Shown here: one piece after another, positions 18,986 through 28,775 of the stretch
How the letters are laid out: every line of letters begins with the position of its first letter
Numbering within the stretch: the first letter of the stretch is position 1
Assembly (NCBI GenBank): GCA_049668445.1
Contig: JBATJK010000099.1
Span: forward strand, 731-64,730
Source of the DNA: Gemmatimonadota bacterium
Lineage (GTDB): Bacteria > Gemmatimonadota > Gemmatimonadetes > Palauibacterales > Palauibacteraceae
DNA length: 64,000 bases
Direction: 5' to 3'
Position numbers and translations under genes: made by a program
The notes under the pieces: model-generated
The model's input: only the letters and a program-made list of their open reading frames with translations
Database searches by the model: none
What the model was told of the DNA's origin: nothing

Positions 18986-20560
18986 TTATCGGGCGAAATT
19001 GACGGCCCGGGTCTCCCGGACCACGACGACCTTGATCTGTCCCGGATACTGCAGTTCTTCCTCGATCCGGCTTGCCGTCTTTTCGCTGAGAGCGGCCATC
19101 TCTTCGTCCGTGACTTTTTCGGGCATGACCATAATCCGGATCTCCCGCCCGGCCTGAATGGCGTACACCTTCGATACTCCAGTGTACGAACGCGCGATCT
19201 CTTCCAGCTTCTCCAGTCGCTTCACGTAGTGCTCGAAGGACTCACGGCGGGCGCCTGGGCGAGCGCCCGAGATCGCGTCCGCGGCGGTAACCAGGAACGT
19301 CTCCGGGTAGCGGGCCGGCTCCTCGCCGTGGTGGGCCTTGATCGCGTTCAGGACCTGGTCGCTCTCACCGGCTCGCTTGCACAGATCGTAGCCGATCTCG
19401 ACGTGGCTGCCCTCCTGCATGTGGGTAAGGCCCTTGCCGATGTCGTGCAGCAGCGCCATCCGTTTGCACATCTCGACGTCCACTCCCAGCTCGGCGGCCA
19501 TATTCCCCGCCAGCAGCGCCACCTCGCGCGCATGCATCAGCTGGTTCTGCCCGTAGCTGGTCCGGAACTTCAGATTCCCGAGCACGTCGGTAAGAGACTC
19601 CGGCAGGTCGTGGATGCCCAGGTCGTAGAGCACTTCCTCCGCCGCCTCCAGCATCTCCCCCTTCACATCCTCTGCCGCCTTCTCGACCACCTCTTCGATG
19701 CGTCCCGGGTGGATCCGGCCGTCCACCACCAGCCGCTCCATGGCGATCCGTGCCACTTCACGTCGGATCGGATCGAAGCTGGAGAGGATGACGGCTTCGG
19801 GAGTATCGTCCACCACGACATCCACACCCGTCGCGGCCTCGAAGGAGCGGATGTTGCGGCCTTCTCGGCCTATGATGCGCCCCTTCATATCGTCGCTCGG
19901 GAGGGGGACCACGGAGACGGTAATCTCTGACGAGTGATCCACCGCGAGACGCTGGATGGACATCGCGATGATCTTCCGAGCCTCTCGCTCCGCCTCCCGA
20001 CGTGCCCGCTCTCTGATGTCGCGGACCGTCCTGGAGGCCTCTGCCTTCGCTTCGTCCTCGATTCGCGAGACGAGCTCGGCCCGAGCTTCCTTCGCCGTGA
20101 GCCCGGCGATCTTCTCGAGCCTCGTCGTGAGCTGGGCCCGCTCCGACTTGAGTTGCTCCTGCGCGGACTTCAGCTCCTCTCGACGCTGACCCGCCTCTTC
20201 CTCGCGTTGCGCCACCCGCTCCTGGCGCTGGTCCAGCACGTCCAGTTTGCGTTCGAGACCCTCTTCCTTCTCGCCCAGGCGCTTCTCGGTCTTCTCCAGC
20301 TCCGCGCGCCTCTGCTCCGCTTCTTCCAGCAGCTCCTGCTTGAGGCGGTAGCCCTCTTCCTTGCCCAGGAGTTCAGCCGCACGCCGGAGATTGTCGGCTT
20401 CGGCGCCCGCGGCCTCGAGTATTCCCGCTGCTTCATCTTCCGCGGTGCGCCTGGCGGCCTTTGCCCTCCGCACCTCCAGCGCGCGGCCGCCGAAGACACC
20501 CACGACCAGAGCAGCGGCCGCGGAGAGGATGGTGATGAGGTTCTCCATCGCTGACTCCAT
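18986..20560 (-). CDS. rny: Ribonuclease Y
   Basis: 524 aa. N-terminal TM helix, long coiled coil, KH domain (IIGREGRNIR) and HD domain (LLHDIGK…HHGEE). Confidence 0.9.
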   Translation of the reverse strand: MESAMENLITILSAAAALVVGVFGGRALEVRRAKAARRTAEDEAAGILEAAGAEADNLRRAAELLGKEEGYRLKQELLEEAEQRRAELEKTEKRLGEKEEGLERKLDVLDQRQERVAQREEEAGQRREELKSAQEQLKSERAQLTTRLEKIAGLTAKEARAELVSRIEDEAKAEASRTVRDIRERARREAEREARKIIAMSIQRLAVDHSSEITVSVVPLPSDDMKGRIIGREGRNIRSFEAATGVDVVVDDTPEAVILSSFDPIRREVARIAMERLVVDGRIHPGRIEEVVEKAAEDVKGEMLEAAEEVLYDLGIHDLPESLTDVLGNLKFRTSYGQNQLMHAREVALLAGNMAAELGVDVEMCKRMALLHDIGKGLTHMQEGSHVEIGYDLCKRAGESDQVLNAIKAHHGEEPARYPETFLVTAADAISGARPGARRESFEHYVKRLEKLEEIARSYTGVSKVYAIQAGREIRIMVMPEKVTDEEMAALSEKTASRIEEELQYPGQIKVVVVRETRAVNFAR

Positions 20561-20652
20561 CTATCTGCAAGGAAGGGATCCGGGCTGGCGTCGTCGCAGT
20601 CACGAGGCCCGCCCCTGTCCCACAAGCCCGATCCGATCACCAACCCCAAATG

Positions 20653-20690
20653 AAAAAGGGCCGGCGGCCTCCACGAGGCCCCGCCGGCCC
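20653..20690 (-). terminator. Rho-independent terminator after zapA
   Basis: Minus-strand reading GGCCGGCGG-ggcctcgtggagg-CCGCCGGCC followed by cTTTTTc. It lies immediately downstream of the zapA stop. Confidence 0.5.
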
Positions 20691-20803
20691 GATGCACGGC
20701 ATTGCGAGCGCGATCGATGCCGCGCGAGCCGTGCGATCTATACGTCCACCTGACCGTTAGCGATAGCCAGCGTCCGCCTCGTAAGTCACCCCAAGTTGTC
20801 CGA

Positions 20804-21130
20804 TCAATCGTCGGTTGGCAAGCCGCCGGCGTCGTCATTCACGACCGATCCGACGCGCTCTCTGAGCGCCGTAACCCGCTCCAGCACGCCGCCCGAGTGC
20901 TCGGTCAGCTCCCTGCGCGTACGGAACAGCTCGTCCGTTATCTGCAATGCCGCGAGCACGGCGGCCCGGTGCGGCTCCGCCACCTGGCCGCGGACGTGCG
21001 CCTGCTGAACCGCGTCGTCCACGTAACGAGCACATTCCAGCGTGTACTCCTGGGGGGCATCCGTACGAATCGCGTATTCTTCCCCGAAGATAGTGACCCT
21101 GACCGTGGCCCTCTCGGCTCCATCACTCAT
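20804..21130 (-). CDS. zapA: Cell division protein ZapA-like
   Basis: 108 aa. VRVTIFGEEYAIRTDAPQEYTLECARYVDDAVQQ fits the ZapA N-terminal fold pattern. Position immediately after pheT is as in Bacillus. Confidence 0.65.
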   Translation of the reverse strand: MSDGAERATVRVTIFGEEYAIRTDAPQEYTLECARYVDDAVQQAHVRGQVAEPHRAAVLAALQITDELFRTRRELTEHSGGVLERVTALRERVGSVVNDDAGGLPTDD

Positions 21131-21141
21131 CGTGTCACTCC

Positions 21142-21459
21142 TCAGCCCGCGGACTCGTCTTCCATCACGATCAGTCTCCCCCGGATGCGCTTTGCCCGGG
21201 TGTGCGCTTCCCTGAGCACTTCCTTCAAGCGAAAGTTCTCCTCAGTGAGTTCCTGCAGACGGCTTCCCAGGGAGGCCGGATCCGAGACATCGACTCCGGA
21301 ACGCTGGAGCAGCCCCGTAAGGCGTGCGTGCTCACCTTCGGCGAGCGAGGCACGGCCCCTGTACTCCTCCAGCTCTCGAACGAGTCGATCGATGCCCTGT
21401 TCGAGCACGCCGAGTTCCCGCTCGATCGCGGCGGGATCACGAGGAGCGGATTCTGGCAT
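21142..21459 (-). CDS. Small coiled-coil protein (possible ZapB-like divisome partner), hypothetical
   Basis: 105 aa with heptad-like sequence …IERELGVLEQGIDRLVRELEEYRGRASLAEGEHARLTGLL…LQELTEENFRLKEVLREAHT. It sits between pheT and zapA, and overlaps the pheT 3' end by 23 nt. Confidence 0.45.
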   Translation of the reverse strand: MPESAPRDPAAIERELGVLEQGIDRLVRELEEYRGRASLAEGEHARLTGLLQRSGVDVSDPASLGSRLQELTEENFRLKEVLREAHTRAKRIRGRLIVMEDESAG

Positions 21460-23902
21460 TGAATCGTTCCTCCAGATAAGCGGTAATCGAGATCAATCCG
21501 TCTTCCACGTCCGCATCGCGAAGCGTCCGGTCCGGCGCTCTGAACACGAGGCGCCAGGCCAGGCTGCGCTGTCCCTCCTCGATCTTATCACCCTCATAGA
21601 CATCGAACAGGACCAGCGACTCCAGCGTGTCTGGACCCGCGGCTCGGATCGTGTCCGCGACGCTCGCGGCGGTCACCGTGCGATCCACAAGGAGCGCCAG
21701 GTCCCGGGTCACCGCCGGGAACGTCGGGAGGTCCTGATAGGAGCGCCGATCCTCGAGCTGCACGGAGTCGAGCTTGAACTCCGCGGCATACGCTGACGCA
21801 GCCCACACCGGCGCGTCCAGTGCGTCATCGCGTACGCGACCCGCGACTCCGACCAGACGCCCATTCTCGAAGATGCAGAATGCCTCCTCCCCGAGCCACC
21901 ATCCCCACCCGATATGGAGTCCATCGCCGACCTCCTCGGGCCTGCCCGGGAGGATCTCGCCGAGCCCCAGCTCGGCAACTAGGTCCTCCAACGACCCTTT
22001 CAGGTCGGCTACCGTGAGATCGCCCTCGGACCCGCTCCAGTGCGCCGGCTGACTCAGACCGGTCATCGCGAACGCGACGCGAAGCTCCTCGCTCACCGTA
22101 AGGTCTGCCCCGTTCCGATCGCCTGGTGCATCCTTCGCCGACCGGAACACGCTGCCGATCTCGAACAGCCTCACGTCACGATGGCCCCGGGTCCAATTGT
22201 ACTCCACTCGACCCAGGAGAACCGGGACCAGGTCCGTTCGCAGGAAAGACTCGGCCTCGGAGAGCGGCTTGAGGAGGCGAGCCGGCTGGCCCGCGGTCCG
22301 GGACTCGGGCACGAAGCTCGAGCTGCGGGCCTCCAACAACCCGGACGAGGAAAGCGTGCGCCTCACACGGTCCGCGCGCTGCCAGGACGGACTGTCCGGA
22401 ACCGCGCTCGGCCTGAAGGCTCGCGCTTCTTGCGGGAACGACTCGTAGCCGTACCGACGGGCTACCTCCTCCAGGAGATCGACCTCCGTACGAACGTCAG
22501 TCCGCCAGCCCGGAACGGCTACATCCAGGACCGTCGGTCCTTCGGAACCCGACTCTGCGACGGTGACACCGAAACCCAGGGGTTCGAGAAGCTCCGCGAT
22601 CCGGTCACTCGTCAGTCTCAGGCCGAGCACCGCCTCTACGCGCGAGGGACGGAGCCCCACGGGAGGAACGGAAAGCGGAGCTCGGCCGACGCGAATCGCC
22701 TCTTCATCCGCCACACCACCCGCCGTCGCAACGATCAACTCCACACAACGTCGGAGCGCCTCTTCCATCCCAGACTCGTCGATTCCACGTTCGAACCGGT
22801 ACGATGCGTCCGTCGCCAGCCCCGTCGCCCGGGCCGTGTGGCGCGTGTGCCTCGGGTCGAAAGCGGCGCACTCGATGAGGAGGTCGGACGTCCCGTCGGA
22901 CACCTCGGAATCAGCCCCTCCCATCACGCCTGCCAGGGCCACGGGGCGCTCCGCATCCGCGATCACGCTGACTTCCGGACCGAGCTCGTGGCGGGCTCCA
23001 TCGAGCGTGGTGTGCGGTTCGTTCCGCGCCGCGCGGACACGAATCTCCGGACCTGCGAGCCGCGCCAGGTCAAAAGCGTGCAGCGGCTGGTTCAGCTCGA
23101 GGAGCACATAGTTGGTGGAATCGACGACGTTGTTGATCGGCCGGGACCCCGCAGCGCGAAGCCGGGCCTGCAGCCACTCCGGGGATGGGCCCACGGTAAC
23201 CCCGCGAACGACGGCTGCCAGGTAGCGAAAGCAACGATCTCCGTCCTCGATCGTGACGCCAACACCGCCGGCTGTGGCCGACTCCTCGCCGGACTGCCAG
23301 CGTGGCGACCAATCAGGTCCCCCGAAAGAGGGAAGCACGAGGTCGTTCACGCCTCCGGGAGCGAGCTCACGCGCCACACCCACGTGGCACGCCAGGTCGA
23401 TTCGGTTCGGCGTGAGGTCGACCTCCAGCCGCGCGTCCGGCAGCCCGAGAGCTTCCAGGAACGACTCACCGGGCGTGTGCCCTTCCCCGAGGCGCATGAT
23501 GCCTGCCGAATCCCGCCCCAGGCCAAGTTCCTTCTCGGAACACAGCATCCCGTTGCTTTCCTGCCCACGGATCTTGCGGCGCTCGATCTTGAAGCCGCCG
23601 GGCAGCGTGCCCCCCGCCGGTATGAACGGGTAGAACGCGTTCTCCACCACGTTGGGAGCCCCGCAGACCACCTCCAGCAGGTCGTCCCCCCCTGCATCGA
23701 CCCGACACAGGGACAGGCGATCCGCGTTCGGATGCTTTCCGACTTCGACGACGCGACCCACGACCACATCGGCGAGTTCGTCACCCACGAGTTCAGCCCT
23801 ATCGACGGGGACGGCGCGCGCGCTGAGCGCGGCGGCCAGTTCAGCGGCCGAGCCCTCGATCGAAGGCGCAAGGGCGTGAAGCCAGTTGACGCTGATGTCC
23901 AT
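21437..23902 (-). CDS. pheT: Phenylalanine--tRNA ligase beta subunit
   Basis: Internal start [41 protein letters not shown]… at 23900-23902. This overlaps the pheS stop (ATGA). tRNA-binding, B3/B4, B5 and FDX-ACB regions are recognisable by length and motifs. Confidence 0.9.
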   Translation of the reverse strand: MDISVNWLHALAPSIEGSAAELAAALSARAVPVDRAELVGDELADVVVGRVVEVGKHPNADRLSLCRVDAGGDDLLEVVCGAPNVVENAFYPFIPAGGTLPGGFKIERRKIRGQESNGMLCSEKELGLGRDSAGIMRLGEGHTPGESFLEALGLPDARLEVDLTPNRIDLACHVGVARELAPGGVNDLVLPSFGGPDWSPRWQSGEESATAGGVGVTIEDGDRCFRYLAAVVRGVTVGPSPEWLQARLRAAGSRPINNVVDSTNYVLLELNQPLHAFDLARLAGPEIRVRAARNEPHTTLDGARHELGPEVSVIADAERPVALAGVMGGADSEVSDGTSDLLIECAAFDPRHTRHTARATGLATDASYRFERGIDESGMEEALRRCVELIVATAGGVADEEAIRVGRAPLSVPPVGLRPSRVEAVLGLRLTSDRIAELLEPLGFGVTVAESGSEGPTVLDVAVPGWRTDVRTEVDLLEEVARRYGYESFPQEARAFRPSAVPDSPSWQRADRVRRTLSSSGLLEARSSSFVPESRTAGQPARLLKPLSEAESFLRTDLVPVLLGRVEYNWTRGHRDVRLFEIGSVFRSAKDAPGDRNGADLTVSEELRVAFAMTGLSQPAHWSGSEGDLTVADLKGSLEDLVAELGLGEILPGRPEEVGDGLHIGWGWWLGEEAFCIFENGRLVGVAGRVRDDALDAPVWAASAYAAEFKLDSVQLEDRRSYQDLPTFPAVTRDLALLVDRTVTAASVADTIRAAGPDTLESLVLFDVYEGDKIEEGQRSLAWRLVFRAPDRTLRDADVEDGLISITAYLEERFNARIRSS

Positions 23903-24945
23903 CAGGCGAACTGCTCGAGGAAGCCGCAGTCGGCTTCGTACAGGAGTCGAATATCGGGGATTCGGTACCGGAGCATCGCGATCCGGGCCGGTCCCATTCC
24001 GAACGCGTAACCGGTGTACCGCTCCGGGTCGTACCCCACGGCCTCGAACACCGCCGGATTCACCATGCCACTGCCCATGATCTCGATCCAGCCGGTTCGC
24101 TTGCAGGCCGCGCAACCCGAGCCTTCGCAGATGAAACAGCTCACGTCCACCTCGGCCGAGGGCTCCGTGAACGGGAAGTACGAGGGCCGAAAACGGGTGC
24201 GTGTCGAGGGTCCGAAGAACCGGTGCACGAAGTAGTCGATCGCGGCACGGAACTCGATGAAGTCGATCCCTTCATCGACGGCCAGGCCCTCGACCTGCTC
24301 AAAGGCGGGGGCGTGCGACGCATCATACGGATCTCGCCGGAAGACCATCCCGGGCGCCAGGATCCTGACCGGCGGTTCGTGTTCCATCATCACACGCGCC
24401 TGGACCGGCGACGTGTGCGTCCTGAGGAGCAGTCCCTCGTCCAGGTAGAACGTGTCGTGCATATCCGCCGCCGGATGGTCGAGCGGAATATTCAGAGCTG
24501 TGAAGTTGTGCCAGTCGGTCTCGACCTCGGGCCCGGCGGCGCGCGTGAACCCGAGCTCCTTGAAGATCTCGCAAATCTCATCGATCACCAGGGTGACCGG
24601 GTGGACGCCGCCCCGCCACCGTCGACGCCCCGGCAGTGTCAGGTCCGGCCCCACTGTCTCTTCCGGCTCAAGCAGCGACGCCAGTTCGTCCACCCGCATC
24701 TCGAGCGTCGTTTCCAGTGTCCTCTTGACCTGGTTCGCGGTCTTGCCGGCTTCCGGGCGCTCCTCGGCCGGGACGTTCTTCAGACCGGACAGGGCGCGGG
24801 ACAGGAGTCCGTTGCGCCCCAGAAAACGGACGCGAGCCTTCTCCAGCGACTCAGAGTCCTCGGCCTCCTGGATCGCCTCCAGAGCCTCGACCCGGATGGA
24901 CTCGAGGGTCTCTCTGAGGTTTCCCTGCTCGTCCTTCGAACTCAA
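23902..24945 (-). CDS. pheS: Phenylalanine--tRNA ligase alpha subunit
   Basis: 347 aa. Class II aaRS core with [17 protein letters not shown] and [12 protein letters not shown] motifs. Confidence 0.9.
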   Translation of the reverse strand: MSSKDEQGNLRETLESIRVEALEAIQEAEDSESLEKARVRFLGRNGLLSRALSGLKNVPAEERPEAGKTANQVKRTLETTLEMRVDELASLLEPEETVGPDLTLPGRRRWRGGVHPVTLVIDEICEIFKELGFTRAAGPEVETDWHNFTALNIPLDHPAADMHDTFYLDEGLLLRTHTSPVQARVMMEHEPPVRILAPGMVFRRDPYDASHAPAFEQVEGLAVDEGIDFIEFRAAIDYFVHRFFGPSTRTRFRPSYFPFTEPSAEVDVSCFICEGSGCAACKRTGWIEIMGSGMVNPAVFEAVGYDPERYTGYAFGMGPARIAMLRYRIPDIRLLYEADCGFLEQFA

Positions 24946-25298
24946 TGCGAGTGCTCTTTCGCCAGTTTCGCCAGCTCAGCGAAGGCCTCCGGCTCGCGAA
25001 TCGCGAGATCGGCCAGCGCCTTTCGGTTCAGGTCCACGCCAGCACTCTTGAGACCCGAGATGAACCGGGAGTACGAGAGATCGTGCTCGCGGCTCGCGGC
25101 GTTGATCCTGGCGATCCACAATCGGCGGAAGTCCCGCTTGCGACGACGACGATCGCGGTACGAGTAGGCCCACCCTCGTTCGACGGCGTTCTTCGCCGTG
25201 CGATACAGCTTTGAACGAGCGCCGAACTGGCCGCGGGCCTGCTTGAGTACCTTCTTCTTGCGCTTATTTCGAGCAACGCTCGATGTCACACGCGCCAT
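24942..25298 (-). CDS. rplT: 50S ribosomal protein L20
   Basis: [68 protein letters not shown]. Confidence 0.95.
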   Translation of the reverse strand: MARVTSSVARNKRKKKVLKQARGQFGARSKLYRTAKNAVERGWAYSYRDRRRRKRDFRRLWIARINAASREHDLSYSRFISGLKSAGVDLNRKALADLAIREPEAFAELAKLAKEHSH

Positions 25299-25382
25299 AT
25301 CGATATCCTCTTCTTTCTATATTCCAATGCTTCAAAGCCACATCCGGACTGCCCGTCCGTGCGGCGTCAATGCTCTACGGGC

Positions 25383-25577
25383 TCAGCCTCCGAGCAACCG
25401 GCGTACCCGGCTCTCGTCGGCCTTCGAGACGAGCGTCTTCTTGCGGAGATTGCGCTTCCGCTTCGGACTCTTCTTCGTCAGGATGTGGCTATGAAAAGCC
25501 TTGTTACGTCGAAACTTCCCTGATCCGGTCTTCCGAAACCGCTTGGCGGCAGACCGGTTGGTCTTCTGCTTTGGCAT
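25383..25577 (-). CDS. rpmI: 50S ribosomal protein L35
   Basis: 64 aa. [42 protein letters not shown]. Confidence 0.9.
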   Translation of the reverse strand: MPKQKTNRSAAKRFRKTGSGKFRRNKAFHSHILTKKSPKRKRNLRKKTLVSKADESRVRRLLGG

Positions 25578-25583
25578 CTTGCT

Positions 25584-26135
25584 CTACCCTTTCTGACTTT
25601 CCTTTGGACCGATGAGCATCGTCATGGTCCGGCCTTCCTTGCGTATGTCCGACTCGACGTTGCCTAGCTCCTCGAGCTCTCCCTTTACGCGCTCGAGGAC
25701 CCGAACGCCCAGCTCGGGGTGCGTCATCTCCCTGCCCCGGAAGCGAAGCGTGAACTTCACCTTGTCCCCATCGTCCAGGAAACGTCTCGCGTGTCGGAGC
25801 TTGAAGCCGAAATCGTGATCCTCGATCTTCGGCCGCATCTTGATTTCCTTCACGTGGATGATGTGCTGCTTCTTCTTCGCCTCTTGCGCCTTCTTCGCCT
25901 GCTCGTACTTGAACTTCCCGTAGTCCATGATCTTGCACACGGGAGGGCGCGAGTTGGGTGCGACTTCCACAAGGTCCAGGCCCTGTTCCGCCGCCATCGT
26001 TCGGGCCTCGTCCGTGGCAATGATGCCCAATTGCTCGCCGTCCCCGTCGATCAGGCGGATCGGACTGATGCGAATTCTGTCGTTTACGCGCAGCTCGTCT
26101 TGGCTCACTTCACCTCTTCCAGGGCCGTGGTGCAT
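25584..26135 (-). CDS. infC: Translation initiation factor IF-3. The start codon is uncertain, and a non-ATG start is likely.
   Basis: …RLIDGDGEQLGIIATDEARTMAAEQGLDLVEVAPNSRPPVCKIMDYGKFKYEQ…KEIKMRPKIEDHDFGFKLRHARRFL. An AGAGGTGA Shine-Dalgarno-like sequence lies near 26110. Confidence 0.85.
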   Translation of the reverse strand: MHHGPGRGEVSQDELRVNDRIRISPIRLIDGDGEQLGIIATDEARTMAAEQGLDLVEVAPNSRPPVCKIMDYGKFKYEQAKKAQEAKKKQHIIHVKEIKMRPKIEDHDFGFKLRHARRFLDDGDKVKFTLRFRGREMTHPELGVRVLERVKGELEELGNVESDIRKEGRTMTMLIGPKESQKG

Positions 26136-26734
26136 CCGTCGCCGATCCGCCGGGCCCGGGGCAGATCGACGACCACGAAAAATGCCCGTTCGACATGAGC
26201 CGAGCGGGCATACACGACACGGCTGCGACCCAACGAGGATCGCGCCATCGTGATTGACCCGGCGGCTGTGACCGCGCCCCCGGGCTGCGGTTCGCCGAAA
26301 GGTGGGAGCAATGGCTCCACTTTCCGTGTTTTCAGGGTGGCCAAGGTATGACCGGACTTCAGAAGTGTCAACGAGAGGAGGGGTTGCTGGCCCGGATGGG
26401 TTCGTCTCCGATGGATCCGTTCACACGTGAGACGTGAGTCATGCGGTTTTCGTCTACCGGCATGTAATATTTCGTCGTCGAGCGGCAAATAGAATATGAG
26501 GCCGGACGTGGACGCTCGCCTGAAAGGGCGGGCCCTGGCTGGTTTCGCTCACGCTTGAATCTGATCCGGAGGCCGGTGCGGGGCGCAGCGAGCCGATTGG
26601 CTCGAACCGGTCTCCGGTCAGGTTTATCGCCCGACCAACGTTCCCTACCCACGATGTGTCTCATGTAAGAGCACGCTTTCATCGCGGCGACCGCATTCCG
26701 TCGCGGAGCACCAACCCGTGAACAGGATCTGGAC

Positions 26735-27982
26735 ATGCGCGCCCACGAGGCACTCTACGACTCGTCCACGCGTCGAATTCTCCTCGTGGCCTGGGCGGTG
26801 GTCGCGGTCATCGCCCTCGCACTCGGAGCCTCGGGTTGTGCCAGCGAGGCTCCAGCCAGCGGCTGGGGTGGCACCGTCGACACGCTGAGCAGCGGCCAGG
26901 TCTCTGTGTACAATCCCGTGGGCTCACTGTGGTCCGCCGGCGACGGGTGGGTACTCGAGGAAGAGCTCAGAATAGGGACACTCGAGGGCACCGGGCCCGA
27001 CATGTTCGGGGCGATCACCGACTTCGAGGTCGATCGCTATGGTCGTTTCTGGCTGTTCGAGGGACAGGCGCAGGAAATCCGCGTATTCGACTCGAGCGGC
27101 CGCTTCATCCGGACGGTGGGCAGGAAGGGAGAGGGACCGGGGGAATTCAACCAGGTGATCGGCATGACCTGGGGGCCGGACGAGAACCTGTGGCTCGTGG
27201 ATCCATCGAACAATCGCCTGTCGGTCGTGGACACGGCCGGTGTCTTCGTCGACAGCCACCCCACGATCGGCGGCATCGTGGTCATGCCCTGGCCGGGAGG
27301 CTTCGACGACGCCGGGCAGTTCTATACCTACGGTGTGGACACCTCGGTCGATGATGATTTCGCGCTCGTCATGGTCCGGCACGGACTCGACCTCCAGCCC
27401 ATCGACTCCGTGGCCCCTCCCGAGTACCCCGGGGAGCGCGAGTACTACGAGATCAAGAACGAAAGCAGCTGGATGATGACGGGCGTGCCCTTCACCCCAT
27501 CCATGGAATGGCGGCTCGGCCGCGACGGCACCGTATGGGGGGGGCTAACCGGAGAGTACCGCATCTTCCAGTTGAGTTGGGAAGGCGACACGCTCCGGTC
27601 GATCCGCAGGGCCTACGCTCCGTTGCCGGTGACCGATTCGGATCTGGACGAGGCGAAGGAGAGACTGGACTGGTTCATAGAGGCCGGAGGCAAGGCCGAT
27701 TGGTCCCGAATTCCGGCTACGAAGCCCGCTTTCGATGACTTCGTGATCGATGATGATGGGTTCATCTGGGTTCAGATGATCGCCGAGCCCGGTGAGGAGG
27801 GTCGGCTGTTCGATGTCTTCGATCCCGCGGGGCGGTACCTGGGCGAGGTCCTCGCGCCCTTCCCGGCTGAGTTCAACCCGGCCCCGATCTTGAGGGACGG
27901 CTACATGTACGCGGTGTCTGAAGACGAGTTGGAAGTGCCGTTCGTGGTTCGGGCCCGGATCGAGCGACCCGAGGGTTCCTGA
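26735..27982 (+). CDS. NHL-repeat beta-propeller lipoprotein, hypothetical
   Basis: 415 aa. Signal peptide plus LGASGC lipobox-like Cys. Repeated blades carry the G-x-G-P-G-E-F motif (GRKGEGPGEFNQVIGMTWGPDENLWLVD…). Paralogous to the partial gene at 1..554. Confidence 0.6.
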   Translation: MRAHEALYDSSTRRILLVAWAVVAVIALALGASGCASEAPASGWGGTVDTLSSGQVSVYNPVGSLWSAGDGWVLEEELRIGTLEGTGPDMFGAITDFEVDRYGRFWLFEGQAQEIRVFDSSGRFIRTVGRKGEGPGEFNQVIGMTWGPDENLWLVDPSNNRLSVVDTAGVFVDSHPTIGGIVVMPWPGGFDDAGQFYTYGVDTSVDDDFALVMVRHGLDLQPIDSVAPPEYPGEREYYEIKNESSWMMTGVPFTPSMEWRLGRDGTVWGGLTGEYRIFQLSWEGDTLRSIRRAYAPLPVTDSDLDEAKERLDWFIEAGGKADWSRIPATKPAFDDFVIDDDGFIWVQMIAEPGEEGRLFDVFDPAGRYLGEVLAPFPAEFNPAPILRDGYMYAVSEDELEVPFVVRARIERPEGS

Positions 27983-27994
27983 ACGCCGGGAAGA

Positions 27995-28768
27995 CTAGGC
28001 CGTCCCGTCCCACTCCCGGCGAGCCGTATCCAGTCTCTCGGGCGTGCCGACGTCCATCCAGCGTTCACCGGTAACGTCGAAGGGCTCGATGCGTGCGCCC
28101 TCGGCGGCGAGCCTCAGGTACGAGCGCACGATGGAGAAAGCCCCCTCTTCCGAGAGCCTCTCCAGGATGTCGGGGGACAGGGCGTGAATGCCCGTGAACC
28201 CGGCCCGCCACTGCAGGCCGGATGGGGCCCTGGCCCACTCCTCCGCGCCCGTGCGCATATCGATCCTCCCACACAGCCCGGATTCGTCGAACACGAGGTG
28301 ACGACTGGCAGGCCTCCTGTTCACGGCCAGCGTGGCGAGAGAACCTGAGGCCTCGTGCTCCCGGGCCACAGCGGCCAGGTCGATCGTCGACAGCACGTCC
28401 ACGTTGTGTACCAGAATCGTCCGGTCGCCGCGAAACAAGTTCCTGGCCCGCTTGAGGCCGCCACCGGTCTCGAGCGCCCCTTCGGGCTCGAGCGACACAA
28501 CGACCTCCGCCCCGGACCACAGGCAGGGTGAGGCCAGGCCTCGCGTCGCCTGCGCACCCGCTGCACAGTGCTCGGCCAGGAAGTCCGAAACCATCTCGGC
28601 GTGATGGTGCAGGTTGATGACGACCCGGTCACAGCCCGCGTCCACGAGCCGGCTCAGCGTCCTCTCCAGAAGCGTCACTCCGCCGATCTCGACGAGCGCC
28701 TTCGGGGTGCCCTTCGTGAGAGGGAGAAGGCGCGTGCCGAGGCCGGCGGCGAGGATCATTCCATCCAC
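27995..28768 (-). CDS. murU: MurU-like sugar-1-phosphate nucleotidyltransferase (N-acetylmuramate alpha-1-phosphate uridylyltransferase family)
   Basis: MDGMILAAGLGTRLLPLTKGTPKALVEIGG…VVINLHHH is the NTP_transferase G-x-G-T-R-L signature. It lies 7 nt downstream of the AmgK-like kinase, mirroring the amgK-murU pairing. Confidence 0.7.
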   Translation of the reverse strand: MDGMILAAGLGTRLLPLTKGTPKALVEIGGVTLLERTLSRLVDAGCDRVVINLHHHAEMVSDFLAEHCAAGAQATRGLASPCLWSGAEVVVSLEPEGALETGGGLKRARNLFRGDRTILVHNVDVLSTIDLAAVAREHEASGSLATLAVNRRPASRHLVFDESGLCGRIDMRTGAEEWARAPSGLQWRAGFTGIHALSPDILERLSEEGAFSIVRSYLRLAAEGARIEPFDVTGERWMDVGTPERLDTARREWDGTA

Positions 28769-28775
28769 GGATCGC

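Noticed and set aside
22040-24010. 656-aa plus-strand ORF
   Set aside because: Antisense to pheT/pheS. The composition is biased (R, G, P, H) with no recognisable domain. PheT on the opposite strand is unambiguous.
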